Part shown: positions 52,001 to 61,319 of the stretch, piece after piece
How the letters are laid out: the number at the start of each line of letters is the position of its first letter
How positions within the stretch are numbered: position 1 is the stretch's first letter
Origin: Azolla caroliniana
Taxonomy: Eukaryota; Plantae; Polypodiophyta
DNA length: 64,000 bases
Direction of reading: 5' to 3'
NCBI GenBank assembly: GCA_043228905.1
Contig: JBHGNT010000001.1
Location: forward strand, 17,732,001-17,796,000
Made by a program: the position numbers and the translations under genes
Notes under the pieces: generated by a model
What the model was told of the DNA's origin: nothing
The model's input: only the letters and a program-made list of their open reading frames with translations
Database searches by the model: none

Positions 52001-53131
52001 TCGGACATCCTTCAGCAGCATTTTGCATCCGGTCGGGGTTGTTAACCACACGTCTCCTATGCCGGCAATCCGGCACGTACCTTCATTTCCCATCCGAACA
52101 CAGCCATGCTCACCGGCTGTGTAGGATGAGAAGTATCTTCTCTCCGGGGTCAGGTGGAACGATGCTCCGGAATCGACCACCCAGGTCGTCTCATCGCCGG
52201 CAATGTTTAGTTCACCTTCTTCGGTGATGAGCATGATTTCTTCCTCACTTGCCGCGAGTGCCGTTGTTCCTTTCCGGTCCTGCCCTCGCCGATCCGAACC
52301 TCTCCGGTCCGTGGCTCCCCGGTATGCACCGTTTCTCTCCGGTGACTTCTTCGAGTCGGTGTCGTCGGCTCCGTTGTCTTTTCGGTAATGCCGACAATTC
52401 TTTCGGAAGTGCCCCGGCTTCCCACAGTGGAAGCATGTGGGTCTTCCTCTTGACTGCGACCGGGTCCCCGACTTCTCCCGTCTTTGCGGACTCCGGTTCC
52501 AGTGTCTTCCCCGTTCCGATTCGGTAAGCAGCGCCTTCGAGTCGGAGGCCGGTTCTTTGTCTCTCCGACGCGCTTCTTCGTTCAAAATACTTGTCTTTAC
52601 CGTTTGTAGGGACAAGTTGTCTTCCGTGCAGGAGGTGCTGAGAGTCACCACCAAGTTCTCCCAGCTGTCCGGTAATGTACACATCAGGATGATGGCTTGC
52701 ATTGCATCCTCCAACGGGAACTTGATCGCCGCAAGCTGGTTCACGAATCCCATGAACGTGCTTACGTGTTCCACCATACTCTCGCCGTCCCGGTACTTGA
52801 GATTCACAATCTTCCTCATCAGGGAGGTCCGGTTCAACGCATTCTTCCTCTCATAGAGGCCCGACAGCTTCTTCCACATCTCGTATGCGTTGGTGTCGTT
52901 CGCCACATGTTGTAGGACGCTTACATCGACGTATTGTCGGATCGTCGCTACGGCTTTCCGGTTCAGGAGCTTCCACTCCGACTCAAGTACCCCTTTCGGT
53001 ATTTCCGACCTGTCAATCGGTTCGTACAGGTCCCGAACAATCAGAAGATCCTCCATCTTGATCTTCCAGTCGGCGTAATTCTGTGCATTCAGCACCATCA
53101 TCATCGGCTGCCCGCTGCCGCCGCCTTCCAT
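49055..53131 (-). CDS. Copia Gag-Pol polyprotein, 1358 aa (Gag, CCHC, PR, INT, RT, RNase H)
   Basis: Uninterrupted ORF with CFHCGKPGHFRKNC, WVVDSGAS, HKRLCH..CTDC, the DDE core (HTDVC..RADNGGE..GLAE), [17 protein letters not shown] and FTDSD..TEAEY..HSRTKHI. Confidence 0.97.
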   Translation of the reverse strand: MEGGGSGQPMMMVLNAQNYADWKIKMEDLLIVRDLYEPIDRSEIPKGVLESEWKLLNRKAVATIRQYVDVSVLQHVANDTNAYEMWKKLSGLYERKNALNRTSLMRKIVNLKYRDGESMVEHVSTFMGFVNQLAAIKFPLEDAMQAIILMCTLPDSWENLVVTLSTSCTEDNLSLQTVKTSILNEEARRRDKEPASDSKALLTESERGRHWNRSPQRREKSGTRSQSRGRPTCFHCGKPGHFRKNCRHYRKDNGADDTDSKKSPERNGAYRGATDRRGSDRRGQDRKGTTALAASEEEIMLITEEGELNIAGDETTWVVDSGASFHLTPERRYFSSYTAGEHGCVRMGNEGTCRIAGIGDVWLTTPTGCKMLLKDVRHVPEVRLNLISAGRLDDEGYTGSIRNGVMKFSKGSLIVARARKVNTLYLMNAWLCPEELNVAADTAGELWHKRLCHMSEKGMKRLAEDNLIPVKHVHLEKCTDCLAGKQNRTSFHSRPPTRRSAPLELVHTDVCQVETKSHGGAQYFVTFIDDHSRKLWTAPLKTKDQVLCVFKELHARVERESGKKLKAIRADNGGEYRGQFQEYCRSKGIRLEFTVPKTPELNGLAERMTRTIMERVRSMLAHAKLPKGFWAEAMSTATYVINRSPSVPLDGDTPQRVWTGKEVSYRHLKVFGCLAYVHVAKDRRGKLDPKTRPCIFLGYGDDEFGYRVWDPVDKKIFRSRDIIFMENKTLADWESEKKMKSSKSTGEDQLYEEQSRPARDRLALEDPAEDGEETEPAEEDENDTGTGPDPEMDSDEEEESEEPVTEAPERRYPLRERRAPRRFPEPEHVLLTDEGEPESFEEAKHDTQSRRWLSAMQDEMDSLHENHTYELVELPKGKRALRNKWVFKLKPGDAGNPPRYKARIVVKGFQQKKGVDFDEIFAPVVKMTSIRTVLSIAASMDLEVEQMDVKTAFLHGDLEEEIYMQQPEGFEKKGKEHLVCRLKKSLYGLKQAPRQWYRKFDSFMTDEGYLKTQSDHCVFVKKFEGGDFLILLLYVDDMLIVGRDQVKIRMLKKALHRTFSMKDLGPARQILGMHIIRDRSKKQLWLSQEKYVTKVLQRFNMSEARPVGSTLPANCKLSSKQSPKTKAEKEDMMKVPYASAVGSLMYAMVCTRPDIGYAVGVVSRYMSNPGKEHWNAVKWILRYLKGTANVCLRFGSGKPELDGFTDSDMSADADTSRSTSGYVMTYAGGAVSWQSRLQKTVALSTTEAEYMAAVEAGKEIIWMKDFIRELGIRQEEYRLYCDSQSAIHLAKNAAYHSRTKHIQRRYHWIRERIEDKEFVLTKIHTNENGSDMLTKVLTPDKLETCRKRIGLERHPMPK

Positions 53132-53145
53132 TTTCTGCAACAGTC

Positions 53146-53157
53146 GCTCTGATACCA
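53146..53157 (-). promoter_or_regulatory. Primer-binding site complementary to tRNA-iMet (copy G)
   Basis: TGGTATCAGAGC 3 nt downstream of the 5' LTR. Confidence 0.95.
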
Positions 53158-53894
53158 GTTTGTAAGGAATCACCGCTTGGATTCACCTTCTTCACTCGGC
53201 CACAACCGATTAATCGCGGATCAATGTAGCAGAAAATAGGAAATACAGAGAAAGACGCGATACACAGGGATTAACGTGGAAAACCCTATACGGGAAAAAC
53301 CACGGGAGTGCGAGACTCCGAACCAAACTATGCACAGAGAAATATACAATAGCGAGCTGCAAGGCAACGACCTTGAGCTCGCTGTCCTCGCCACAGGCGG
53401 CGGAAGTACACAGAGGCGTCTACCTCTTCGTCTCTCTCGCGCTCTATCTCTCTCTCTCTCTCGGCTGCTCTCACTTCGCATGGGAAAAATGAGCAACAAC
53501 ATAAACTGTTTGCCCTAAGTCATATTTATACATATATGACTTTTGGGCTATTTACAAATATAGCCACAAGGGCTCTTAGCAAACATATTCACAAATATGT
53601 CCCCGCATCCGGATCCGTATCCGGGTACTCTTCATCCGGCTCCGTAACCGGGGTCTTCATCATCCGGATCCGTATCCGGGTACTCTTCATCCGGCTCCGT
53701 AACCGGGGTCTTCATCTTCCGGATCCGTATCCGGGTACTCTTAATCATCCGGACATCCCATCCGGAGGGACCGAAATCCCAACACGGCACACAATGGAGG
53801 GGGCTGGCAGGAGTAGAACCGGAGGCACTGAGATAGTGATGACAACAGTTCCGGACCCTCCACAAGCAGGGGAGTCAAAGCGGTGCCAGAAACC

Positions 53895-54639
53895 GGCAAC
53901 CAAAGGCCGACACGGAATGGACCAGACAACAAATTGAACGGTTGCGAGAGAAATTAGTAGCGCAAATGGCCATCTTGGACAAGGCAGAGAGACAGAGAGA
54001 GAGAGACGGATCAGGAATTGGGATGGGAAAGCTATACCCAACTAAAGGAAGCTCATAATGAGCTAATGGAGGACAATCGATGGGTTAAGGATGAGAATCT
54101 TCAACTCGCTATGGAGAACCCAATTCTTCGGCGGGAGAATGAGTGTCTAGTGGAGGGAAAACGACAACTTAAGGAGGACTTTCGAAGACAAAGAGGAAAA
54201 TTCTAGAAGCAGGCCGATGCAGAACTAGCACATATATGGGCTCAACAGACAAGGCAAATATATGAGAAACAAACCGACTACGACAAATTGTACAAGGAAT
54301 TCAAGTAGCTTCGGGTCGTTGGTGAGCATGTGCGCTGGAAATTGGAGGAAGTACATTACGAGCTAGTTGAGCGAGAGGAAGCCCTCTGGAACTAGAAAAC
54401 GTAGCTGGAGGAAGAAACTGTTCACCTGAGAACTAAGGAAGATGAAGAACAGGAGGCTATCAACTAAAAAAAAGGACGTGGTGGAGGCCAACAAGAGGAA
54501 CCCGAAAAGAGTTGTAAAAAGTTGCAACTCTTAGATAAAAAATTATGAGATTGAGGTGATGGACACCATCAAGCACTTGAAGAAAGAGAAACAAGATACA
54601 ACAGTCAAGGCGGAAATGGGGGCTAACAGTTTTAAAGCA
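53895..54639 (+). pseudogene. Decayed coiled-coil-coding segment of unknown origin (probably a retroelement accessory ORF)
   Basis: E/K/L/R-rich heptad-like reading (YTQLKEAHNELMEDN..ENLQLAMEN..KRQLKEDF) that continues through several stops. Confidence 0.4.
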
Positions 54640-54828
54640 TGTTAAGCGAGCAAGCTCAACCGGATCCGGATCGGCTGAATAAGCCAGAGCTGGATCGGTA
54701 TCCGGAACAAAGAACTGGATCGGTGTCCAGATGATATCCGGAACCAGGAGCCGGATTGGATTGAAATGTATCCAGCCTAGTACGTAGGCATATTTTTGGT
54801 AGTAAGTGTCAATCGCTCGTATGAGCAT
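54640..54828 (+). repeat. Truncated copia family 2 LTR
   Basis: TGTTAAGCGAGCAAGCTCAACCGGATCC..., homologous to 41774 and 9136; homology stops at ATGAGCAT(TG). Confidence 0.85.
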
Positions 54829-54925
54829 TGTAACAGTCTCTTTTTGTAACGGACATATCATTTACCGTTACATTATGTATTATATATAAACCCCTTATGG
54901 GGCATGTAATGAAGATAGTTTTTTC

Positions 54926-57900
54926 TGTTGGGAATCACCGCTTGGATTCACCTTCTTCGCTCGGCCACAACCGAGTAATCGCGGATCAATGGAGCAGAAA
55001 ATAGGAACCAAAAGAAGAAATACACGAGACGCGTTTACACAGGGATTAACGTGGAAAACCCTAGATGGGAAAAACCACGGGAGTACGAGACTCCAAACCA
55101 ACACTATACAGAGAAGTATACAATGGCGAGCTGCAAGGCGACGACCTTGAGCTCGCTGTCCTCGCCACAGGCGGCGGAAATACACAGAGGCGTCTACCTC
55201 TTCCTCTCTCGCGCTCTATCTCTCTCTCTCACGGCTGCTTTCTCTCTTCACTCCTCTAAAGTGGAAAAATAGAAAAATGAGAAGCAACATCAAAACTGTT
55301 TGCCCTAAGTCATATTTATACTTATATGACTTTGGGCTATTTACAACTGTAGCCTCAGGGGCCCATAGCGAACATATTCACGGGTATGTCCCTGCATCCG
55401 GATCGCTCTCCGGGTACATTCGTCATCCGGTACCGAAACCAGGGTCTTCGTCATCCGGATCCGAAACCGAAACCGGGCTCGTCGGCATTCATCTCCGATA
55501 TCCGTCCATCCCATACGAAGGGACCGTAATCCCAACAAACTCCCCCTTCACTTCGGCATGGGATGTCTCTCCAATCCGATCCTCTTCCGCCATGCTTCCA
55601 GCTTGTCGGGTGTGAGCACCTTGGTCAGCATATCCGACCCGTTCTCGTCCGTGTGGATCTTCGTCAGCACGAACTCCTTGTCTTCTATCCTTTCCCGGAT
55701 CCAGTGATATCTTCGCTGGATGTGCTTCGTCCGGGAGTGATAGGCCGCGTTCTTTGCAAGGTGGATTGCACTCTGACTGTCGCAGTAGAGTCGGTACTCC
55801 TTCTGCCGGATACCGAGCTCTCCAATGAAGTCCTTCATCCATATTATTTCCTTGCCGGCTTCAACAGCCGCCATGTACTCCGCCTCCGTGGTTGACAGCG
55901 CAACCGTCTTCTGCAGCCTCGACTGCCATGAAACAGCTCCCCCTGCATACGTCATCACATACCCTGATGTGGACCGGCTGGTATCTGCATCAGCCGACAT
56001 ATCCGAATCGGTAAAGCCGTCGAGTTCGGGCTTTCCGGAGCCGAATCGGAGGCACACGTTTGCTGTGCCCTTCAGGTATCGAAGTATCCACTTGACCGCG
56101 TTCCAATGCTCTTTGCCGGGATTGCTCATGTACCGGCTCACCACTCCGACTGCATATCCGATGTCCGGTCTCGTACACACCATGGCGTACATCAAGCTCC
56201 CGACGGCTGAGGCATACGGCACTTTCATCATATCCTCCTTTTCAGCCTTTGTCTTGGGACTTTGCTTGCTGGACAGCTTGCAGTTTGCCGGGAGGGTCGA
56301 TCCGACCGGTCTCGCTTCCGACATGTTGAACCGGTGAAGCACCTTCGTCACGTACTTCTCCTGTGACAGCCACAACTGCTTCTTCTTCCGGTCCCGGATG
56401 ATGTGCATCCCTAGTATTTGTCTCGCCGGACCCAGGTCCTTCATTGAGAAGGTTCGGTGAAGAGCCTTCTTCAGCATCCGGATCTTGACTTGGTCCCGTC
56501 CGACGATCAACATGTCGTCCACGTACAGGAGGAGTATTAGAAAGTCTCCTCCTTCGAACTTCTTCACAAACACGCAGTGATCGGACTGCGTTTTGAGGTA
56601 CCCTTCGTCGGTCATGAAGGAGTCGAACTTCCGGTACCATTGCCGGGGAGCCTGCTTCAGTCCGTAAAGGCTCTTCTTCAACCGGCATACCAGGTGCTCC
56701 TTCCCTTTCTTCTCGAATCCTTCCGGTTGCTGCATGTAGATCTCTTCATCGAGGTCACCGTGAAGGAATGCCGTCTTCACGTCCATCTGTTCTACCTCGA
56801 GGTCCATGCTTGCCGCTATGCTCAGCACCGTCCGGATGGAGGTCATCTTCACTACCGGGGCAAATATCTCGTCGAAGTCGACGCCCTTCTTCTGCTGAAA
56901 CCCCTTCACCACGATCCTGGCTTTGTATCTCGGGGGGTTTCCGGCATCTCCCGGTTTCAGCTTGAACACCCACTTGTTACGGAGTGCCCGTTTTCCTTTC
57001 GGCAACTCCACAAGTTCATATGTGTGGTTCTCATGCAGGGAATCCATCTCGTCCTGCATGGCACTCAACCACCTGCGGCTCTGGGTGTCATGCTTTGCTT
57101 CTTCAAAGCTCTCCGGCTCCCCTTCGTCGGTTAGCAGCACGTGCTCTGGTTCCGGAAATCTCCGGGGGGCCCTTCTCTCTCTTAGAGGATATCTCCGTTC
57201 CGGAGCTTCGGTAACCGGTTCTTCTGATTCTTCTTCTTCATCCGAATCCATTTCGGGATCGGGAACGGTTCCGGTATCATTTTCATCTTCCTCGGCCGGT
57301 TCTCTTTCTTCACCGTCTTCGGCCGGATCCTCGAGTGCTAACCGGTCCCTTGCCGGTCGGGACTGCTCCTCGTAGAGTTTATCCTCACCGGTCGACTTGG
57401 AGCTCTTCATCTTCTTCTCCGACTCCAAGTCGGCGAGTGTCTTGTCCTCCATGAAGATGATGTCTCGACTCCTGAATATCTTCTTGTCGACCGGGTCCCA
57501 TACTCGGTAACCGAACTCGTCGTCGCCGTAACCGAGGAATATGCATGGCCGGGTCTTCGGATCTAGCTTTCCTCTCCGGTCCTTTGCCACATGCACGTAT
57601 GCGAGACACCCGAACACCTTCAGATGCCGGTAGGATACTTCCCTACCGGTCCACACTCTCTGCGGCGTGTCTCCGTCCAAAGGTACTGAGGGTGATCTGT
57701 TTATCACATATGTCGCCGTCGACATTGCCTCAGCCCAAAATCCCTTGGGTAATTTCGCATGCGCCAGCATACTCCGGACCCTCTCCATTATGGTCCGGTT
57801 CATCCTCTCGGCCAGCCCGTTCAGTTCCGGCGTCTTCGGCACAGTAAACTCGGGCCGGATTCCCTTTGAGCGACAGTACTCCTGGAACTGCCCCCGGTAT

Positions 57901-60265
57901 TCCCCTCCGTTATCCGCTCGTATCGCTTTCAGCTTCTTGCCGGATTCCCTTTCCACTCTCGCGTGGAGTTCTTTGAAGACGCACAACACTTGGTCCTTTG
58001 TCTTCATCGGTGCCGTCCACAGTTTTCGGCTATGATCATCGATGAATGTTACGAAGTACTGGGCTCCGCCATGTGACTTCGTTTCTACCTGACACACATC
58101 AGTGTGCACCAACTCCAATGGTGCGCTACGTCTCGTCGGTGGCCTTGAGTGGAAGGAAGTTCGGTTCTGCTTACCGGCCAGGCAATCGGTGCACTTCTCC
58201 AGGTGCACATGCTTCACTGGGATAAGGTTGTCTTCTGCAAGCCTCTTCATCCCCTTCTCACTCATGTGGCACAGTCTTTTGTGCCACAGCTCACCGGCAG
58301 TGTCGGCTGCCACATTCAGCTCTTCCGGACATAACCGGGCATTCATCAGGTACAGTGTGTTGTCTTTCCGGGCCCGAGCCACTATCAGGCTCCCCTTGCT
58401 GAACTTCATTACGCCGTTCTGGATGCTACCCGTGTAGCCTTCATCATCTAGCCTCCCGGCCGAAATCAGGTTCAGTCGGACCTCCGGAACGTGTCGGACA
58501 TTCTTCAGCAGCATTTTACATCCGGTCGGGGTTGTCAACCACACATCTCCTATGCCGGCAATTCGGCACGTACCTTCGTTTCCCATCCGAACACAGCCAT
58601 GCTCGCCGGCTGTGTAGGATGAGAAGTATCTTCTCTCCGGGGTCAGGTGGAACGATGCTCCGGAATCGACCACCCAGGTCGTCTCATCGCCGGCAATGTT
58701 TAGTTCACCTTCTTCGGTGATGAGCATGATTTCTTCCTCACTTGCCGCGAGTGCCGTTGTTCCTTTCCGGTCCTGCCCTCGCCGATCCGAACCTCTCCGG
58801 TCCGTGGCTCCCCGGTATGCACCGTTTCTCTCCGGTGACTTCTTCGAATCGGTGTTGTCGGTTCCATTGTCTTTTCGGTAATGCCGACAATTCTTTCGGA
58901 AGTGCCCCGGCTTCCCACAGTGGAAGCATGTGGGCCTTCCTCTTGACTGCGACCGGGTCCCCGACTTCTCCCGTCTTTGCGGACTCCGGTTCCATTGTCT
59001 TCCCCGATCCGATTCGGTAATCAACATCTTCGGGTCGGAGGCCGGTTCCTTATCTCTCCGACGCGCTTCTTCGTTCAAAATACTTGTCTTTACCGTTTGT
59101 AGGGACAAGTTATCTTCGGTGCAGGAGGTGCTGAGAGTCACCACCAAGTTCTCCCAGCTTTCCGGCAATGTGCACATCAGGATGATGGCTTGCATTGCAT
59201 CCTCCAACGGGAACTTGATCGCCGCAAGCTGATTCACGAATCCCATGAACGTGCTTACGTGTTCCACCATACTCTCGCCGTCCCGGTACTTGAGATTCAC
59301 TATCTTCCTCATCAGGGAAGTCCGGTTCAACGCATTCTTCCTCTCGTAGAGGCCCGACAGCTTCTTCCACATCTCATATGCGTTGGTGTCGTTCGCCACA
59401 TGTTGTAGGACGCTTACATCGACATATTGTCGGATCGTCGCTACGGCTTTCCGGTTCAGGAGCTTCCACTCCGACTCAAGTACCCCCTTCGGTATTTCCG
59501 ACCTGTCAATCGGTTCGTACAGGTCCCGAACAATCAGAAGATCCTCCATCTTGATCTTCCAGTCGGCGTAATTCTGTGCATTCAGCACCATCATCCCCGG
59601 CTGCCCGCTGCCGCCGCCTTCCATTTTCTGCAACAGTCGCTCTGATACCAGTTTGTTGGGAATCACCGCTTGGATTCACCTTCTTCGCTCGGCCACAACC
59701 GAGTAATCGCGGATCAATGGAGCAGAAAATAGGAACCAAAAGAAGAAATACACGAGACGCGTTTACACAGGGATTAACGTGGAAAACCCTAGATGGGAAA
59801 AACCACGGGAGTACGAGACTCCAAACCAACACTATACAGAGAAGTATACAATGGCGAGCTGCAAGGCGACGACCTTGAGCTCGCTGTCCTCGCCACAGGC
59901 GGCGGAAATACACAGAGGCGTCTACCTCTTCCTCTCTCGCGCTCTATCTCTCTCTCTCACGGCTGCTTTCTCTCTTCACTCCTCTAAAGTGGAAAAACAG
60001 AAAAATGAGAAGCAACATCAAAACTGTGTGCCCTAAGTCATATTTATACTTATATGACTTTGGGCTATTTACAACTGTAGCCTCAGGGGCCCATAGCGAA
60101 CATATTCACGGGTATGTCCCTGCATCCGGATCGCTCTCCGGGTACATTCGTCATCCGGTACCGAAACCAGGGTCTTCGTCATCCGGATCCGAAACCGAAA
60201 CCGGGCTCGTCGGCATTCATCTCCGATATCCGTCCATCCCATACGAAGGGACCGTAATCCCAACA
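54926..60265 (-). mobile_element. Intact Tork-like copia (copy H, Gag type II)
   Basis: 612-bp LTRs 54926-55537 and 59654-60265 with 2 differences seen; TSD TTTTC; PBS 59639-59650; PPT 55538-55550. Confidence 0.98.
55548..59624 (-). CDS. Copia Gag-Pol polyprotein, 1358 aa
   Basis: Uninterrupted ORF nearly identical to that of copy G, with all catalytic motifs. Confidence 0.97.
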   Translation of the reverse strand: MEGGGSGQPGMMVLNAQNYADWKIKMEDLLIVRDLYEPIDRSEIPKGVLESEWKLLNRKAVATIRQYVDVSVLQHVANDTNAYEMWKKLSGLYERKNALNRTSLMRKIVNLKYRDGESMVEHVSTFMGFVNQLAAIKFPLEDAMQAIILMCTLPESWENLVVTLSTSCTEDNLSLQTVKTSILNEEARRRDKEPASDPKMLITESDRGRQWNRSPQRREKSGTRSQSRGRPTCFHCGKPGHFRKNCRHYRKDNGTDNTDSKKSPERNGAYRGATDRRGSDRRGQDRKGTTALAASEEEIMLITEEGELNIAGDETTWVVDSGASFHLTPERRYFSSYTAGEHGCVRMGNEGTCRIAGIGDVWLTTPTGCKMLLKNVRHVPEVRLNLISAGRLDDEGYTGSIQNGVMKFSKGSLIVARARKDNTLYLMNARLCPEELNVAADTAGELWHKRLCHMSEKGMKRLAEDNLIPVKHVHLEKCTDCLAGKQNRTSFHSRPPTRRSAPLELVHTDVCQVETKSHGGAQYFVTFIDDHSRKLWTAPMKTKDQVLCVFKELHARVERESGKKLKAIRADNGGEYRGQFQEYCRSKGIRPEFTVPKTPELNGLAERMNRTIMERVRSMLAHAKLPKGFWAEAMSTATYVINRSPSVPLDGDTPQRVWTGREVSYRHLKVFGCLAYVHVAKDRRGKLDPKTRPCIFLGYGDDEFGYRVWDPVDKKIFRSRDIIFMEDKTLADLESEKKMKSSKSTGEDKLYEEQSRPARDRLALEDPAEDGEEREPAEEDENDTGTVPDPEMDSDEEEESEEPVTEAPERRYPLRERRAPRRFPEPEHVLLTDEGEPESFEEAKHDTQSRRWLSAMQDEMDSLHENHTYELVELPKGKRALRNKWVFKLKPGDAGNPPRYKARIVVKGFQQKKGVDFDEIFAPVVKMTSIRTVLSIAASMDLEVEQMDVKTAFLHGDLDEEIYMQQPEGFEKKGKEHLVCRLKKSLYGLKQAPRQWYRKFDSFMTDEGYLKTQSDHCVFVKKFEGGDFLILLLYVDDMLIVGRDQVKIRMLKKALHRTFSMKDLGPARQILGMHIIRDRKKKQLWLSQEKYVTKVLHRFNMSEARPVGSTLPANCKLSSKQSPKTKAEKEDMMKVPYASAVGSLMYAMVCTRPDIGYAVGVVSRYMSNPGKEHWNAVKWILRYLKGTANVCLRFGSGKPELDGFTDSDMSADADTSRSTSGYVMTYAGGAVSWQSRLQKTVALSTTEAEYMAAVEAGKEIIWMKDFIGELGIRQKEYRLYCDSQSAIHLAKNAAYHSRTKHIQRRYHWIRERIEDKEFVLTKIHTDENGSDMLTKVLTPDKLEAWRKRIGLERHPMPK

Positions 60266-61319
60266 TTTTCCCCTCTCATTTGGTGTCATTTTCTATTTTT
60301 CTTTCTCTCTTGCTCTCTCTCTAAGGTAACCCCCTTGGGAGGGGGGTGAAGCCAAGAATGGCTTCACCCCCCACCCTAACAACACTTTTGGCACGCCTGA
60401 ACGGCCTTCCCTCCTTTGAGAAGAAGTCTCTCCCTCTCTCTCACCCTCTCCCCCTCTGTGTGTTTGTTTGCCTATTTGTGTGTGTCTGCTTCCTTCCGAA
60501 AGAAATAAGCTTTACATCATATCCATCCATCTCTCTCTCTGCTCTTCTCTGTCTTATAGTGTTGTACCTCTTCTGGTGTCATCTATGGCATAGAAAGAGA
60601 GCTCTAACTCAAATTCAACCCCCCCCTCCTAACGCCTACATCCATGTATTGGTAAAAATCATTGTACCACCAATTAGTTAGCCAGTCTGACCCTATATTT
60701 GTTTTTTTGTCTCTTTGTCTCACCCACTCAGTTAATCATGATCTTTGTTCGACCTTACCTTCTTCCTTCCATGTGGTAGACCATGGGTATGGCAGTGCTT
60801 CATGAGATCATCCCTTGATTCACCGTTTATTTGACCACTTCTGCACTGCCTCTGCTGCTTCGATTCTACTCTTCCCTTGCTACACGCATACCATCATGTG
60901 CCTTCTCTAGGCCTTCTCTAGGCATACAACCAACCCTAATCTTTGTCTACTCGACGTGATTAATCTCTCTTTTCACATTCCACACGAGAAGGTTTGTGCC
61001 ATAGCCTCTTCTTGATTTGTTCATTTCTCTGCCTATTTCAGAGCTTCAGACTACAACTAGTAATGATGATGATGTGAAAATCGAAGGATCAGAGATTGGC
61101 GAGCTCAAATAAGTCATGCGAGATCAGAATAGTGACGATGCAGAAGAAATGAAGAAAATAGGTTCACATGAGGAAGAAAAGAAATCCCATGATTTGGAGA
61201 CATCAGATTATAGTGTTAATGTTAAGAGGCAATAGTCCAATTGGATTCAAGAAGCAAAAGTTTCAAGGAAACCAAATCAGAATCTGGTGTATTTTTTGCT
61301 CTGGAAGCTGAGGATGAGG

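Larger units (their letters stand above)
48421..53784 (-). mobile_element. Intact Tork-like copia (copy G, Gag type II) with apparently identical LTRs
   Basis: 624-bp LTRs 48421-49044 and 53161-53784 with no difference found on line-by-line reading; TSD CGGCA; PBS 53146-53157; PPT 49045-49057. Confidence 0.98.
41774..53890 (+). mobile_element. 5' part of a copia family 2 element (LTR 41774-42199, PBS, degenerate gag) acting as host for copies F and G
   Basis: LTR start TGTTGAGCGAGC; PBS TGGTGTCAGAGC 42200-42211; gag MASLLPTEKLNRSNYASWSYKMHQYLLGHGYW; the reading GRGGS|A|HNGGG is restored across both insertions (42951-55, 48419-20, 53790+). Confidence 0.9.
54829..60397 (+). mobile_element. Short (~210 bp) LTR plus TGGCACGCC PBS of another element; the LTR is split by copy H
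   Basis: TGTAAC at 54829, TATATAAA at ~54883, resumes at 60271, ends ..AACA at 60384, then CTTT and TGGCACGCC at 60389-60397. Confidence 0.6.

Noticed and set aside
49332-53078. Many + strand ORFs recurring in copies D, G and H (e.g. the 170-aa MKSFIHII..)
   Set aside because: They are antisense shadows of the GC-rich gag-pol frame and recur only because the copies are near-identical.
53132-53173. 14-aa N-terminal extension (MIPYKLVSERLLQK) of Gag-Pol
   Set aside because: It starts at a GTG inside the LTR and crosses the PBS. The ATG at 53131 is positionally conserved across copies and is the likelier start.
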